A stretch of 55,057 nt of DNA from Nautiliaceae bacterium (GTDB taxonomy: Bacteria > Campylobacterota > Campylobacteria > Campylobacterales > Nautiliaceae), in the NCBI GenBank assembly GCA_027083695.1, contig JALWNI010000058.1, positions 1-55,057 of the forward strand, in the 5' to 3' direction. Below are positions 1 through 17,828 of the stretch, piece after piece. How positions within the stretch are numbered: the first letter of the stretch is position 1; every line of letters starts with the position of its first letter. Under the pieces are notes generated by a model. That model was not told where the DNA came from, did no database searches, and saw only the letters and a list, made by a program, of their open reading frames with translations. A program made the position numbers and the translations under genes.

Positions 1-22
1 TCGAGTCCCGTCGCCCGCTCCA
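1..22 (+). tRNA. 3' end of a tRNA cut by the window edge; resembles tRNA-Gly
   Basis: TCGAGTCCCGTCGCCCGCTCCA reads as T-loop/T-stem, a 7-nt acceptor 3' strand, discriminator U and an encoded CCA. It is very similar to the 3' end of bacterial tRNA-Gly as I recall it. The anticodon lies outside the window, so identity is tentative. Confidence 0.5.
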
Positions 23-23
23 C

Positions 24-100
24 AGGGCAGTAGCTCCAATTGGTAGAGCGGCGGTCTCCAAAACCGCTTGTTGGGGGTTCGAGTCCCTCCTGCCCTGCCA
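24..100 (+). tRNA. tRNA-Trp (anticodon CCA)
   Basis: 77-nt cloverleaf with acceptor AGGGCAG/CTGCCCT, anticodon loop CTCCAAA, T-loop GGTTCGAGTCC and an encoded CCA. It sits in the canonical position just upstream of secE-nusG. Confidence 0.9.
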
Positions 101-125
101 TTAAAGCCAATTTTTGGAAGAGGTA

Positions 126-317
126 ATGATGAATAAAATAAATGACTTTATTGAATATTTAAAAGAAGCAAAAGCTGAACTTGATAAAGTAATATTTCCA
201 ACAACAACAGAGATTAAGCAATCTTTAATTTCTGTAACAGTTATGGTGACAGCTGTAACATTATTTTTAAGTTTAGTTGATTTAATAATGAATGGAATTT
301 TAAAAGCAGTATTATAA
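126..317 (+). CDS. secE: Preprotein translocase subunit SecE
   Basis: Small protein with one C-terminal TM helix (SLISVTVMVTAVTLFLSLVDLIM), located between tRNA-Trp and nusG. The track ORF starts at TTG 114. ATG 126 or 129, after GGAAGAGG, is the more likely start. Confidence 0.8.
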   Translation: MMNKINDFIEYLKEAKAELDKVIFPTTTEIKQSLISVTVMVTAVTLFLSLVDLIMNGILKAVL

Positions 318-325
318 GGATAAAT

Positions 326-862
326 ATGAGTGATAACAAACAATGGTATGCTCTTCAAGTATATTCAGGTAGCGAATTATCAGTAAAAAAAGCTATTGAA
401 AATTTGAAAAAAGAGATGAAATTAGATGATAAAATCGGAGAAATTGTCGTACCAACAGAACAAGTAATTGAAGTAAAAAATGGAAAGAAAAAAATTTTTG
501 AAAGAAGTATTTATCCTGGATACGTTTTTTTAGAAGCTGATTTAGATACAGCTTTATGGCACAAAATTCAATCTCTTCCAAAAGTTGGTAGATTCATTGG
601 TGAATCTAAAAAGCCAACTCCTCTAAAAAAAGAAGATGTTGAATTGATTTTACAAAAAGCAAAACAAAAATCTGCACCTAAACCAAAAGTTAGCTTTGAA
701 GAAGGTGAAATTGTAAGAATAAATGAAGGACCTTTTGCTAACTTTACAGGTGAAGTTGAAGATTTTGATTATGAAAAAGGTATGCTAAAACTAAATGTTA
801 CTATATTTGGTAGAAGCACACCAGTAGAAATACACTATACAAAAGTTGAAAAAATAGTTTAA
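326..862 (+). CDS. nusG: Transcription termination/antitermination factor NusG
   Basis: NGN-type N-terminus ([11 protein letters not shown]) and a KOW motif ([18 protein letters not shown]). The secE-nusG-rplK order is conserved. Confidence 0.95.
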   Translation: MSDNKQWYALQVYSGSELSVKKAIENLKKEMKLDDKIGEIVVPTEQVIEVKNGKKKIFERSIYPGYVFLEADLDTALWHKIQSLPKVGRFIGESKKPTPLKKEDVELILQKAKQKSAPKPKVSFEEGEIVRINEGPFANFTGEVEDFDYEKGMLKLNVTIFGRSTPVEIHYTKVEKIV

Positions 863-872
863 AGGATTAGGG

Positions 873-1298
873 ATGGCAAAAAAAGTAATAGAAGTATTAA
901 AACTTCAAATCCCAGCGGGTAAAGCAAATCCATCACCACCTGTTGGACCAGCACTTGGTCAAAGAGGTATAAATATTATGGAATTTTGTAAAGCATTTAA
1001 TGAAAAAACAAAAGACATGATGGGATATACTATTCCAGTTGAAATTACTGTGTATAGTGATAGAAGTTTTACATTTATAACAAAACAACCGCCTGTTACA
1101 GATTTTTTGAAAAAAGCGGCAGGCATCCAAAAAGGTAGTGATAATCCTCTAAAAAATAAAGTAGGAAAAATTACAAAAGCCCAACTTAGAGAAATTGCAG
1201 AAAAAAAACTACCAGACTTAAACACTAATGATATCGAAGCTGCTATGAGAACGATAGCAGGTAGTGCGAAATCAATGGGTATTGAAATAGTAGATTAA
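873..1298 (+). CDS. rplK: 50S ribosomal protein L11
   Basis: Hallmark [30 protein letters not shown] motif. Confidence 0.97.
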   Translation: MAKKVIEVLKLQIPAGKANPSPPVGPALGQRGINIMEFCKAFNEKTKDMMGYTIPVEITVYSDRSFTFITKQPPVTDFLKKAAGIQKGSDNPLKNKVGKITKAQLREIAEKKLPDLNTNDIEAAMRTIAGSAKSMGIEIVD

Positions 1299-1339
1299 GA
1301 CCACTATGGTGGTAGCAAAAATATTGCGTAGGAGTGAAA

Positions 1340-2041
1340 ATGGCAAAAAAACATGGTAAAAGATATTTAGAGCTTCTAAAAAAAATAGATAAAGACGTAT
1401 ATACTCTAACAGAAGCTGCTAAAAAAGTTAAAGATTTAAAATCAGCAAAATTTGATGAGACTGTTGAATTGGCTTTAAAACTTGGTGTGGATCCAAGACA
1501 TGCTGATCAAATGATAAGAGGAAGTGTAGTATTACCTCATGGTACAGGTAAAACAGTAAAAGTAGCAGTACTTGCAAAAGGTGAGAAAGCTGATGAAGCA
1601 AAAGCTGCTGGTGCTGATATTGTCGGTGAAGATGAAGTTTTAGAAATGATACAAAATGGAAATTTAGATTTTGATATTTTAATAGCAACACCTGATATGA
1701 TGGGTAAACTTGGTAAATTTGGTAGAATTTTAGGTCCAAAAGGGCTTATGCCAAATCCAAAAACAGGAACTGTTACTATGGATATAGCACAAGCAGTAAA
1801 AAACGCAAAAGCAGGTCAAGTGAATTTTAGAGTTGACAAAAAAGGTAATATGCATGTAGGGATTGGAAAAGTGAGTTTCAGTCCTGAACAAATTTTTGAA
1901 AATGCAAAAACATTTATAGAAAAAATTAATAAAATGAAACCAGCAAGTGCAAAAGGAAGATATATTCAAAATGCAGCACTCAGTCTTACAATGAGTCCAA
2001 GTTTAAAACTTGACGTAAACGAATTAGCAGAATACAAATAA
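1340..2041 (+). CDS. rplA: 50S ribosomal protein L1
   Basis: L1 family sequence ([29 protein letters not shown]). The ATG at 1340 lies 5 nt after AGGAG and is preferred over the track's GTG at 1334. Confidence 0.95.
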   Translation: MAKKHGKRYLELLKKIDKDVYTLTEAAKKVKDLKSAKFDETVELALKLGVDPRHADQMIRGSVVLPHGTGKTVKVAVLAKGEKADEAKAAGADIVGEDEVLEMIQNGNLDFDILIATPDMMGKLGKFGRILGPKGLMPNPKTGTVTMDIAQAVKNAKAGQVNFRVDKKGNMHVGIGKVSFSPEQIFENAKTFIEKINKMKPASAKGRYIQNAALSLTMSPSLKLDVNELAEYK

Positions 2042-2128
2042 AAAAAGGCTTTTGCCTAAGTCCAAAGGACTTAGAAAGCAGGTGGCTTTTGCCTTAATTC
2101 CCTGCCGAGTCTAAGTGAAAGGAGCTTT
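2042..2128 (+). promoter_or_regulatory. Structured rplJ 5' leader (L10-leader-like autoregulatory element, tentative)
   Basis: 87-nt spacer with an 8-bp hairpin CTAAGTCC-AAA-GGACTTAG (2056-2074). A second stem, GCAGG (2078-2082)/CCTGC (2101-2105), encloses GGC-TTTT-GCC. The position matches the L10(L12)4 operator of other bacteria. No covariance model was run. Confidence 0.45.
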
Positions 2129-2608
2129 ATGAAAAAAGAACTTAAAAAACAAATTGTTGATGAACTCAGCAAAGAATTTACAAATGATGTAAGTGTCTTT
2201 TATGCTGATTTTAAAGGTCAAACTGTAAAAGACCTAGAAAAACTTAGAAATGCAGTAAGAGAAGCAGAAGGTAAAGCAAGAGTAATTAAAAATACATTAG
2301 CAAAAATAGCTTTTGCAAATAATGGAATTGAAGTAGAATTTGAAGAAAACAATCTTTTTATTTGGGGTGAAGATCAAATTACTCTTGCAAAAATAATTAC
2401 TAAACACGCAAAAGACTATAAAGACACTTTTAAAATAAAAGGTGCAGTAATAGAAGGTGAAGTTAAAGATGTTGCTTATGTGGAAGAAGTAAGTAAACTT
2501 CCAACAAAAGAAGAGTTACTTGGAATGGTTGCATTTATGATGAAAGCTCCAATTGCAAAATTCGCTTGGGGATTGCAAAAATTAATTGAAAAAAAAGAAC
2601 AAGAATAA
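2129..2608 (+). CDS. rplJ: 50S ribosomal protein L10
   Basis: L10 family sequence located between rplA and rplL. Confidence 0.95.
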   Translation: MKKELKKQIVDELSKEFTNDVSVFYADFKGQTVKDLEKLRNAVREAEGKARVIKNTLAKIAFANNGIEVEFEENNLFIWGEDQITLAKIITKHAKDYKDTFKIKGAVIEGEVKDVAYVEEVSKLPTKEELLGMVAFMMKAPIAKFAWGLQKLIEKKEQE

Positions 2609-2635
2609 TAAAATAAATTAAAAGAAGGAGTCAAA

Positions 2636-3007
2636 ATGGCATGTACTTTTGAACAAATTTTAGAAACTATTGAAAATTTAACTGTAAAAGAATTAAATGA
2701 GCTAGTAAAATTATTTGAAGAAAAATTTGATGTAAGCGCACAACCAACAGTAGTTGCAGGAGCAGGTGCAGCTGGTGGTGAAGCAGGTGAAGAAAAAACT
2801 GAATTTGATGTGATCTTAAAATCACCAGGAGCTAAAAAAATCAATGTAATTAAAGTTGTAAGACAAATCACTGGTGCAGGATTAAAAGAAGCAAAAGAAA
2901 TGGTTGACGGTGCACCTACAACAATTAAAGAAGCTGTAAGCAAAGAAGAAGCTGAAGAAATTAAAAAAGCACTTGAAGAAGCAGGAGCAGAAGTAGAAGT
3001 TAAATAA
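2636..3007 (+). CDS. rplL: 50S ribosomal protein L7/L12
   Basis: Ala/Gly-rich hinge ([15 protein letters not shown]) followed by the C-terminal domain [27 protein letters not shown]. Confidence 0.97.
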   Translation: MACTFEQILETIENLTVKELNELVKLFEEKFDVSAQPTVVAGAGAAGGEAGEEKTEFDVILKSPGAKKINVIKVVRQITGAGLKEAKEMVDGAPTTIKEAVSKEEAEEIKKALEEAGAEVEVK

Positions 3008-3057
3008 TTTCTCTTGCTTTTTTTTTATTTTTTTGATATAAAATAAATTTGATTTAA

Positions 3058-11722
<8,665 letters not shown>

Positions 11723-11782
11723 TTTCTTTTCTTTTTTTACTATAAAAATTCTTAATTGTTTGAAAAAATTTTTTAAAATTTC

Positions 11783-11809
11783 TTGATTTTTAGAGAGAGA
11801 GAGTATAAT
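11783..11809 (+). promoter_or_regulatory. Candidate sigma70-type promoter TTGATT-15 nt-TATAAT; 12 of the 15 spacer nt are (AG)6
   Basis: TTGATT at 11783-11788 and TATAAT at 11804-11809, read directly. No transcript data. Confidence 0.35.
11792..11803 (+). repeat. Dinucleotide repeat (AG)6
   Basis: AGAGAGAGAGAG read directly. It abuts the TATAAT hexamer. Confidence 0.9.
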
Positions 11810-11920
11810 AGCCTCCTAAATGATTACAAAAATAAAGCGATGAAAACATTTATTAAAATATTGGTTTGGTATTTTTAAGTGTCGGACTCGCTTTTGCTTC
11901 TAATGTAAAACAAAACCGAA

Positions 11921-12130
11921 ATGAAAAAAATAAAAGATGTCAGTTGGTTTAAACATTTAAGACATTCTATTAAAAAGGCATTTAAAAAAATAAGACATTA
12001 TATTAGAAAAATTCCAAAAGGGGAACGAATTAGACTAGCTTTGCAGTTAGTAGGTGTAGTAGGAGCTATATATGCAGGTGGAGTTATATATCCTACATTT
12101 CAAGGTGTCGGATTTTCTATGGCATGGTAA
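11921..12130 (+). CDS. Small hypothetical protein: very basic N-terminal half plus a glycine-zipper hydrophobic tail. May be the 3' remnant of a longer disrupted ORF.
   Basis: 69 aa. About 15 Lys/Arg in the first 38 residues, then LALQLVGVVGAIYAGGVIYPTFQGVGF. No convincing SD precedes the ATG. Confidence 0.45.
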   Translation: MKKIKDVSWFKHLRHSIKKAFKKIRHYIRKIPKGERIRLALQLVGVVGAIYAGGVIYPTFQGVGFSMAW

Positions 12131-12139
12131 GGAGATAAA

Positions 12140-12616
12140 ATGAAAAAAATTTTTTTCTTTTTTTCTTTTGTTAGTTTAATGTTTGCCTTTTCAACTTATA
12201 ATAAATATGTGGGTGTTGGAATTGGTGGGTGTAAAAGTGATAAATATAGCGGATTTAATTTTTCAACTGACTTTGGATATAAAAATGATACTGATAGATT
12301 TTATTTAAATCTATCAAATATAGGTTATGACACAAATAATAATCTGTGGATTTTTTCTTATTCATTAAATTATGATAGGTTTTTGATTAGTGAAAATAAT
12401 TTGAAACCTTTTATTGGTGCAGGTGTTAACTTTTTTGAAATAGGAGATGATAGTGGAGTTTATGCTCATAGATTTGGTTTTAATATAAAAGCAGGGTTAA
12501 CATACAATATTTCTTTACACTGGGCTGCTAATTTAAAATTAGATTATATGTATGTCAATCATAAAGATATTCAGTATACATATGGAAGCACTCTGAATTT
12601 AGAATATCAGTTTTAA
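12140..12616 (+). CDS. Small outer-membrane beta-barrel protein (8-strand OmpX/OmpW/opacity-like class)
   Basis: Signal peptide MKKIFFFFSFVSLMFAFS, alternating aromatic/hydrophobic strands, and a C-terminal OMP signature ending LNLEYQF. Strong AAGGAG RBS. Confidence 0.7.
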   Translation: MKKIFFFFSFVSLMFAFSTYNKYVGVGIGGCKSDKYSGFNFSTDFGYKNDTDRFYLNLSNIGYDTNNNLWIFSYSLNYDRFLISENNLKPFIGAGVNFFEIGDDSGVYAHRFGFNIKAGLTYNISLHWAANLKLDYMYVNHKDIQYTYGSTLNLEYQF

Positions 12617-13137
12617 AAATGTAAAAATATTTTTCTTCTTTAAATAAAAATAATGTGGTCAAATATGGAATATTGCCAAGCGTCATATTTAAATAAATAC
12701 TTTGATTTCATTTAGTTTCGGAGTTGGTTTATAATATTTTCAAAAGGATAAAATAAATAATAAATTTTATGATAACGATGTTACGGTAATATTACCAAGT
12801 TTTTCACTTATTTATCAAATAGCTATAAATACATGTTTTAGTATTTAATATTCTTGGCAAAAGAGTTTAAACCCTCAAAATACATTATCCTTAGAATACT
12901 CAGTCGATATTAGATGAAAAAATTATAATATTTTTAACTAATTGTCTTTGTTTTGATATGATTTTATTTTCCTTGTATGGTAATAGATCTATTTGATATC
13001 TATCTCCTTACTATTGCAAATCTTACTTTTTTTAAATTTATAAATAATTTTTGTTTCTAAATTCCCCATATTTTCACAGTTTCTTTTCTTTTTTCTCGAA
13101 TAGGCTTAAATAAATTGTAAGAATATAAAAATTTTGC

Positions 13138-13143
13138 TATAAT
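13138..13143 (+). promoter_or_regulatory. Candidate extended -10 (TGCTATAAT) for rpsL
   Basis: TGCTATAAT at 13135-13143, about 32 nt before the rpsL ATG. A near-identical element precedes fusA. Confidence 0.4.
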
Positions 13144-13174
13144 TCCACACTAAAAAAATTTGTAAAGGAAGCAA

Positions 13175-13558
13175 ATGCCTACTATAAACCAATTAGTAAG
13201 AAAAGGTAGAAAAAAGGTAATTAAAAAATCTAAATCACCTGCACTTGTAAGCTGTCCTCAAAGAAGAGGAGTTTGTACAAGAGTATATACAACTACTCCT
13301 AAAAAACCAAACTCAGCTTTGAGAAAAGTAGCAAAAGTTAGACTTACAAGTGGATATGAAGTTATTAGTTATATTCCTGGTGAAGGCCATAATTTACAAG
13401 AACATAGTATTGTACTTGTAAGAGGTGGTAGGGTAAAAGACTTACCGGGGGTTAAATATCATATCGTTAGAGGTGCACTTGATACAGCAGGTGTTAAAGG
13501 TAGAGTTCATAGCAGAAGTAAATATGGTACAAAAAAATCTGAGGCTGGAAAAAAATAA
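13175..13558 (+). CDS. rpsL: 30S ribosomal protein S12
   Basis: [12 protein letters not shown] ... [16 protein letters not shown] hallmark sequence. Confidence 0.98.
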   Translation: MPTINQLVRKGRKKVIKKSKSPALVSCPQRRGVCTRVYTTTPKKPNSALRKVAKVRLTSGYEVISYIPGEGHNLQEHSIVLVRGGRVKDLPGVKYHIVRGALDTAGVKGRVHSRSKYGTKKSEAGKK

Positions 13559-13700
13559 TTAATTTTATATAGGTTAGTATTAGGAAAATTGCAAGAGTTG
13601 TTTTTGGTTATAGTAGGAGAGTTTTTTAATGGTATTCCATTGATTAACCTCCTCACTGCCAAAAGGTAGAGTAAGTCCTGTAAATGCAGGAAAAAACTGA

Positions 13701-14186
<486 letters not shown>

Positions 14187-14289
14187 TTCTTTTCTCTTTT
14201 TTTATTTTTTTAAATATAACTCTCTGACACTAAATAATAAGTTTTTTTATTAATTTTTTTATATCATTGGTATATTTTCAAAATTATGT

Positions 14290-14295
14290 TAAAAT
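14290..14295 (+). promoter_or_regulatory. Candidate extended -10 (TGTTAAAAT) for fusA
   Basis: TGTTAAAATTCCACA at 14287-14301 parallels TGCTATAATTCCACA upstream of rpsL. Confidence 0.35.
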
Positions 14296-14322
14296 TCCAC
14301 AAAAATTTTAAAAAGGATAAGT

Positions 14323-16407
14323 ATGCCAAGAAAAACGCCTATTGAAAAGGTTAGAAATATCGGTATTGCAGCTCATATTGATGCTGGTAAAACCACTACT
14401 ACTGAAAGAATTTTATACTATACAGGTGTAAGTCATAAAATTGGTGAGGTGCATGAAGGTGCAGCTACTATGGACTGGATGGAGCAAGAAAAAGAAAGAG
14501 GTATTACAATTACATCTGCTGCAACAACATGTTTTTGGAAAGACCATCAAATAAATATTATTGATACACCGGGTCACGTTGACTTTACTATCGAAGTTGA
14601 AAGAAGTATGAGAGTACTTGATGGTGCAATTGCAGTATTTTGTGCAGTTGGTGGAGTTCAACCTCAAAGTGAAACTGTTTGGAGACAAGCGAATAAATAC
14701 CATGTTCCAAGAATTGCATTTGTTAATAAAATGGATAGAATTGGTGCTGATTTTTATAATGTTGAAAAACAAATTAAAGAAAGATTAAAAGCAAATCCAG
14801 TTCCAATTCAAATTCCAATCGGTGCAGAAGACAACTTCAAAGGTGTTGTTGATTTAGTAAGAATGAAAGCTCTTGTATGGGAAGATGAAGCAGCACTTGG
14901 AAGTAAATATGAAATTGTTGATATTCCAGCAGAACTTCAAGAAAAAGCTGAGGAATATAGAGAAAAATTAATTGAAGCAGTAGCTGAAACTGATGAAGAA
15001 CTAATGGAAAAATATTTTTCTGGTGAAGAATTAACGGAAGAAGAAATTAAACAAGCTATTAAAAAAGCTACATTAAATATTGAAATAGTTCCAATGCTTT
15101 GTGGTACGGCATTTAAAAATAAAGGTGTTCAACCGTTGCTTGATGCTGTAATTGATTATTTACCTGCTCCAACAGAAGTTACTTGGATTAAAGGTATTGA
15201 TCCTAAAACAGGAGAAGAAATTAGCGTAAATCCAGGTGATGATCAGCCATTTAGCGGACTTGCATTTAAAATTATGACTGATCCATTTGTTGGTAAACTT
15301 ACATTTACAAGATTTTATTCAGGAATTATTAAAGCTGGAAGTTATGTGCTAAACTCAACTAAAAATAAAAAAGAAAGAGTTGGTAGACTTCTTAGAATGC
15401 ACGCTAATAAAAGAGAAGAAGTGCAAGAGTTTTATAGTGGAGAGATTGGAGCTATTGTTGGTCTTAAACACACTTTAACAGGAGATACATTATGTGATGA
15501 ATCTAGACCAATCATTTTAGAAAAAATGGAATTTCCTGAGCCTGTTATTAGTGTTGCAGTTGAGCCAAAAACAAAAGCAGACCAAGAAAAAATGGCTATT
15601 GCACTTCAAAAACTTGCAGAAGAGGATCCAAGTTTTAGAGTAACAACTGATGAAGAGTCAGGTCAAACTATTATTTCAGGAATGGGTGAATTACACCTTG
15701 AAATTCTTGTAGACAGATTAAAAAGAGAATTTAAAGTTGAATGTAATACAGGTAAACCACAGGTTGCATATAGAGAAACATTTAAAAATCAGGTAGAGCA
15801 AGAATATAAATACGCTAAACAATCAGGTGGTAGAGGACAATACGGGCATGTATTTTTAAGACTTATTCCACAAGAACCAGGAAAAGGTTATGAGTTTGTT
15901 GATTTAATTAAAGGTGGGGTAATTCCAAGAGAATATATTCCAGCAGTTGATAAAGGTATTCAAGAAGCGGCTCAAGCCGGTGTGCTTGCAGGATTCCCAG
16001 TAGTTGATTTCAAAGCGGAACTTTATGATGGAAGCTACCATGAAGTGGATTCAAGCGAAATGGCATTTAAACTTGCGGGAAGTATGGCATTTAAAGAAGG
16101 AATGAAAAAAGCAAACCCTGTTATCTTAGAGCCTGTTATGAAAGTAGAAATTGAAGTTCCTGAGGAATATATGGGTGATGTAATTGGGGATATCAATAGA
16201 AGAAGAGGTCAAGTTAACTCTATGGAAGATCAACACGGTGTTAAAAAAATTACAGCATTCGTTCCGCTTGCAGAAATGTTTGGATATTCAACTGACCTTA
16301 GAAGTATGACTCAGGGAAGGGGAACATATTCAATGGTATTTGATCATTACGAAGAAGTTCCAAACAATATCGCAGAAGAAATCATAAAAGAAAGACAAGG
16401 AGCTTAA
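14323..16407 (+). CDS. fusA: Elongation factor G
   Basis: 694 aa with GTPase motifs [17 protein letters not shown] and NKMD. It follows rpsL-rpsG. No tuf gene follows it. Confidence 0.98.
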   Translation: MPRKTPIEKVRNIGIAAHIDAGKTTTTERILYYTGVSHKIGEVHEGAATMDWMEQEKERGITITSAATTCFWKDHQINIIDTPGHVDFTIEVERSMRVLDGAIAVFCAVGGVQPQSETVWRQANKYHVPRIAFVNKMDRIGADFYNVEKQIKERLKANPVPIQIPIGAEDNFKGVVDLVRMKALVWEDEAALGSKYEIVDIPAELQEKAEEYREKLIEAVAETDEELMEKYFSGEELTEEEIKQAIKKATLNIEIVPMLCGTAFKNKGVQPLLDAVIDYLPAPTEVTWIKGIDPKTGEEISVNPGDDQPFSGLAFKIMTDPFVGKLTFTRFYSGIIKAGSYVLNSTKNKKERVGRLLRMHANKREEVQEFYSGEIGAIVGLKHTLTGDTLCDESRPIILEKMEFPEPVISVAVEPKTKADQEKMAIALQKLAEEDPSFRVTTDEESGQTIISGMGELHLEILVDRLKREFKVECNTGKPQVAYRETFKNQVEQEYKYAKQSGGRGQYGHVFLRLIPQEPGKGYEFVDLIKGGVIPREYIPAVDKGIQEAAQAGVLAGFPVVDFKAELYDGSYHEVDSSEMAFKLAGSMAFKEGMKKANPVILEPVMKVEIEVPEEYMGDVIGDINRRRGQVNSMEDQHGVKKITAFVPLAEMFGYSTDLRSMTQGRGTYSMVFDHYEEVPNNIAEEIIKERQGA

Positions 16408-16519
16408 TCCTTAGTCTTTTTATTTAATTCATCTTGAATGTAAATACAATTACTGATTAATTAATTTTCTCCTAATATTAATCTTCTAAAATTATAATAT
16501 TTCAATTATAAGGATTGTT

Positions 16520-17347
16520 ATGTATTTTTCATATGAAGATATTGACAGATTAATTAACGAAGATATGACTCTTTTTGACTTAACGGAAGAATTACTTAGT
16601 ATTAAAACAAAAGGTAAAATATCTTTTTTTACAAGAAAAGAAGCAGTTGTAACTTCAAATGATTTAATAGAGATGTTATCGAACAGACTAAATTTGACAG
16701 TTACCTTTAAAGAAAAGAATGGTAAATTTATAAAAGCTGGAAGTAAACTGTTTGAATGTGAGGGAGAGAATGTATTAATTCTTTGGAAAATTGCCCAAAA
16801 TATTTATGAATATGCTTTGAGTGTTTCTACATATACTTATGAGATGGTAAAAAAAGCAAAAAAAATTAATCCAAATATAGAAATTTTAACTACAAGAAAA
16901 GTTATTCCTTTTACTAAAAAAATTGCATTAAGTGCAATAATGGATGGAGGTGCCTTGCCTCATAGAGTAACAACAACGGAAACTATTTTAGTTTTTGATA
17001 ATTATATAAATCTTTATGGAGGATGGGAAAAATTTTTTGAAGAATTTAAAAATTTAAAACATAGAGCCATTGAGAAAAAATGGGTAGTTGAATGTGATAA
17101 TTTAGAAAAAGCAAAAAAATTAATAGATTTAAAAATTGATGTAATACAACTAGATAAAGTAGATGTAGAAACAACAAAAAAAATAGTAGAAATTGCTCAT
17201 AGAAAAGATATAAAAGTTTTAAGTGCAGGTGGAATTAATAAAGAAAATATAACAGATTATGTGAAATGTGGAGTTGATGGAATTGTTACAACAGCTCCTT
17301 ATTTTGCAAAAGGAGCTGATGTTAAAGTAGTTATAAATTCTCTTTAA
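16520..17347 (+). CDS. ModD-like protein (quinolinate/nicotinate-nucleotide phosphoribosyltransferase-fold paralog)
   Basis: 275 aa with type II PRTase-like architecture (TTRKVIPFTKK, ALPHR, SAGGIN), but distinct from the bona fide nadC at 29340-30173. The ModD assignment is from memory of the family and is not verified. Confidence 0.6.
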   Translation: MYFSYEDIDRLINEDMTLFDLTEELLSIKTKGKISFFTRKEAVVTSNDLIEMLSNRLNLTVTFKEKNGKFIKAGSKLFECEGENVLILWKIAQNIYEYALSVSTYTYEMVKKAKKINPNIEILTTRKVIPFTKKIALSAIMDGGALPHRVTTTETILVFDNYINLYGGWEKFFEEFKNLKHRAIEKKWVVECDNLEKAKKLIDLKIDVIQLDKVDVETTKKIVEIAHRKDIKVLSAGGINKENITDYVKCGVDGIVTTAPYFAKGADVKVVINSL

Positions 17348-17723
17348 GTTCTTTTACCCATCCTTCCATAACTTCATTAGCAATTAAAGCCGGTGCTTCT
17401 AAAAATGTAATTTCAAATTTATCTTCATATTCTGTAACACCTATACTTCTTGGTCTTACTGCCGGCATTTTCCCATTTGGAAGTTTATTTCCAAAACAAA
17501 ACATAATAAGTTTGCAGTCTTTTATTTCTGGTGCAATTTCTCCATTGATTGATTTTGTATGTGAAAAATGATCAAATTCACCAATATATCTGCAAGTTGG
17601 ATGAGAGTCTATTTTTTCTTTGAAAAATTTAATTATTTCATCTGCACTTTTATAATGAGTTTCATTTTTGAAAACATCAAGTACAAATACAGGATATTTT
17701 TCTTGTAATATCATTTGTTGCAT
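17331..17723 (-). CDS. Hypothetical cytoplasmic protein
   Basis: 130-aa ORF with no recognisable motif. Its 3' end overlaps the convergent ModD-like gene by 17 nt. Confidence 0.55.
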   Translation of the reverse strand: MQQMILQEKYPVFVLDVFKNETHYKSADEIIKFFKEKIDSHPTCRYIGEFDHFSHTKSINGEIAPEIKDCKLIMFCFGNKLPNGKMPAVRPRSIGVTEYEDKFEITFLEAPALIANEVMEGWVKELKENL

Positions 17724-17828
17724 ATGTGTCCTTTTTTGTGGAAGTTTAAAAAATATAAATTAATCTTATATTAATAATAATTTTATTTTATAGATAAATG
17801 ATGTATAATTATAAAAAAAGGTTTTATT

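Noticed and set aside
101-2943. Antisense or alternative-frame ORFs over secE, nusG, rplK, rplA, rplJ and rplL (101-358, 393-581, 933-1130, 959-1225, 1428-1739, 1730-1969, 2476-2943)
   Set aside because: They lie entirely inside well-supported ribosomal or transcription genes and have the compositional look of shadow frames.
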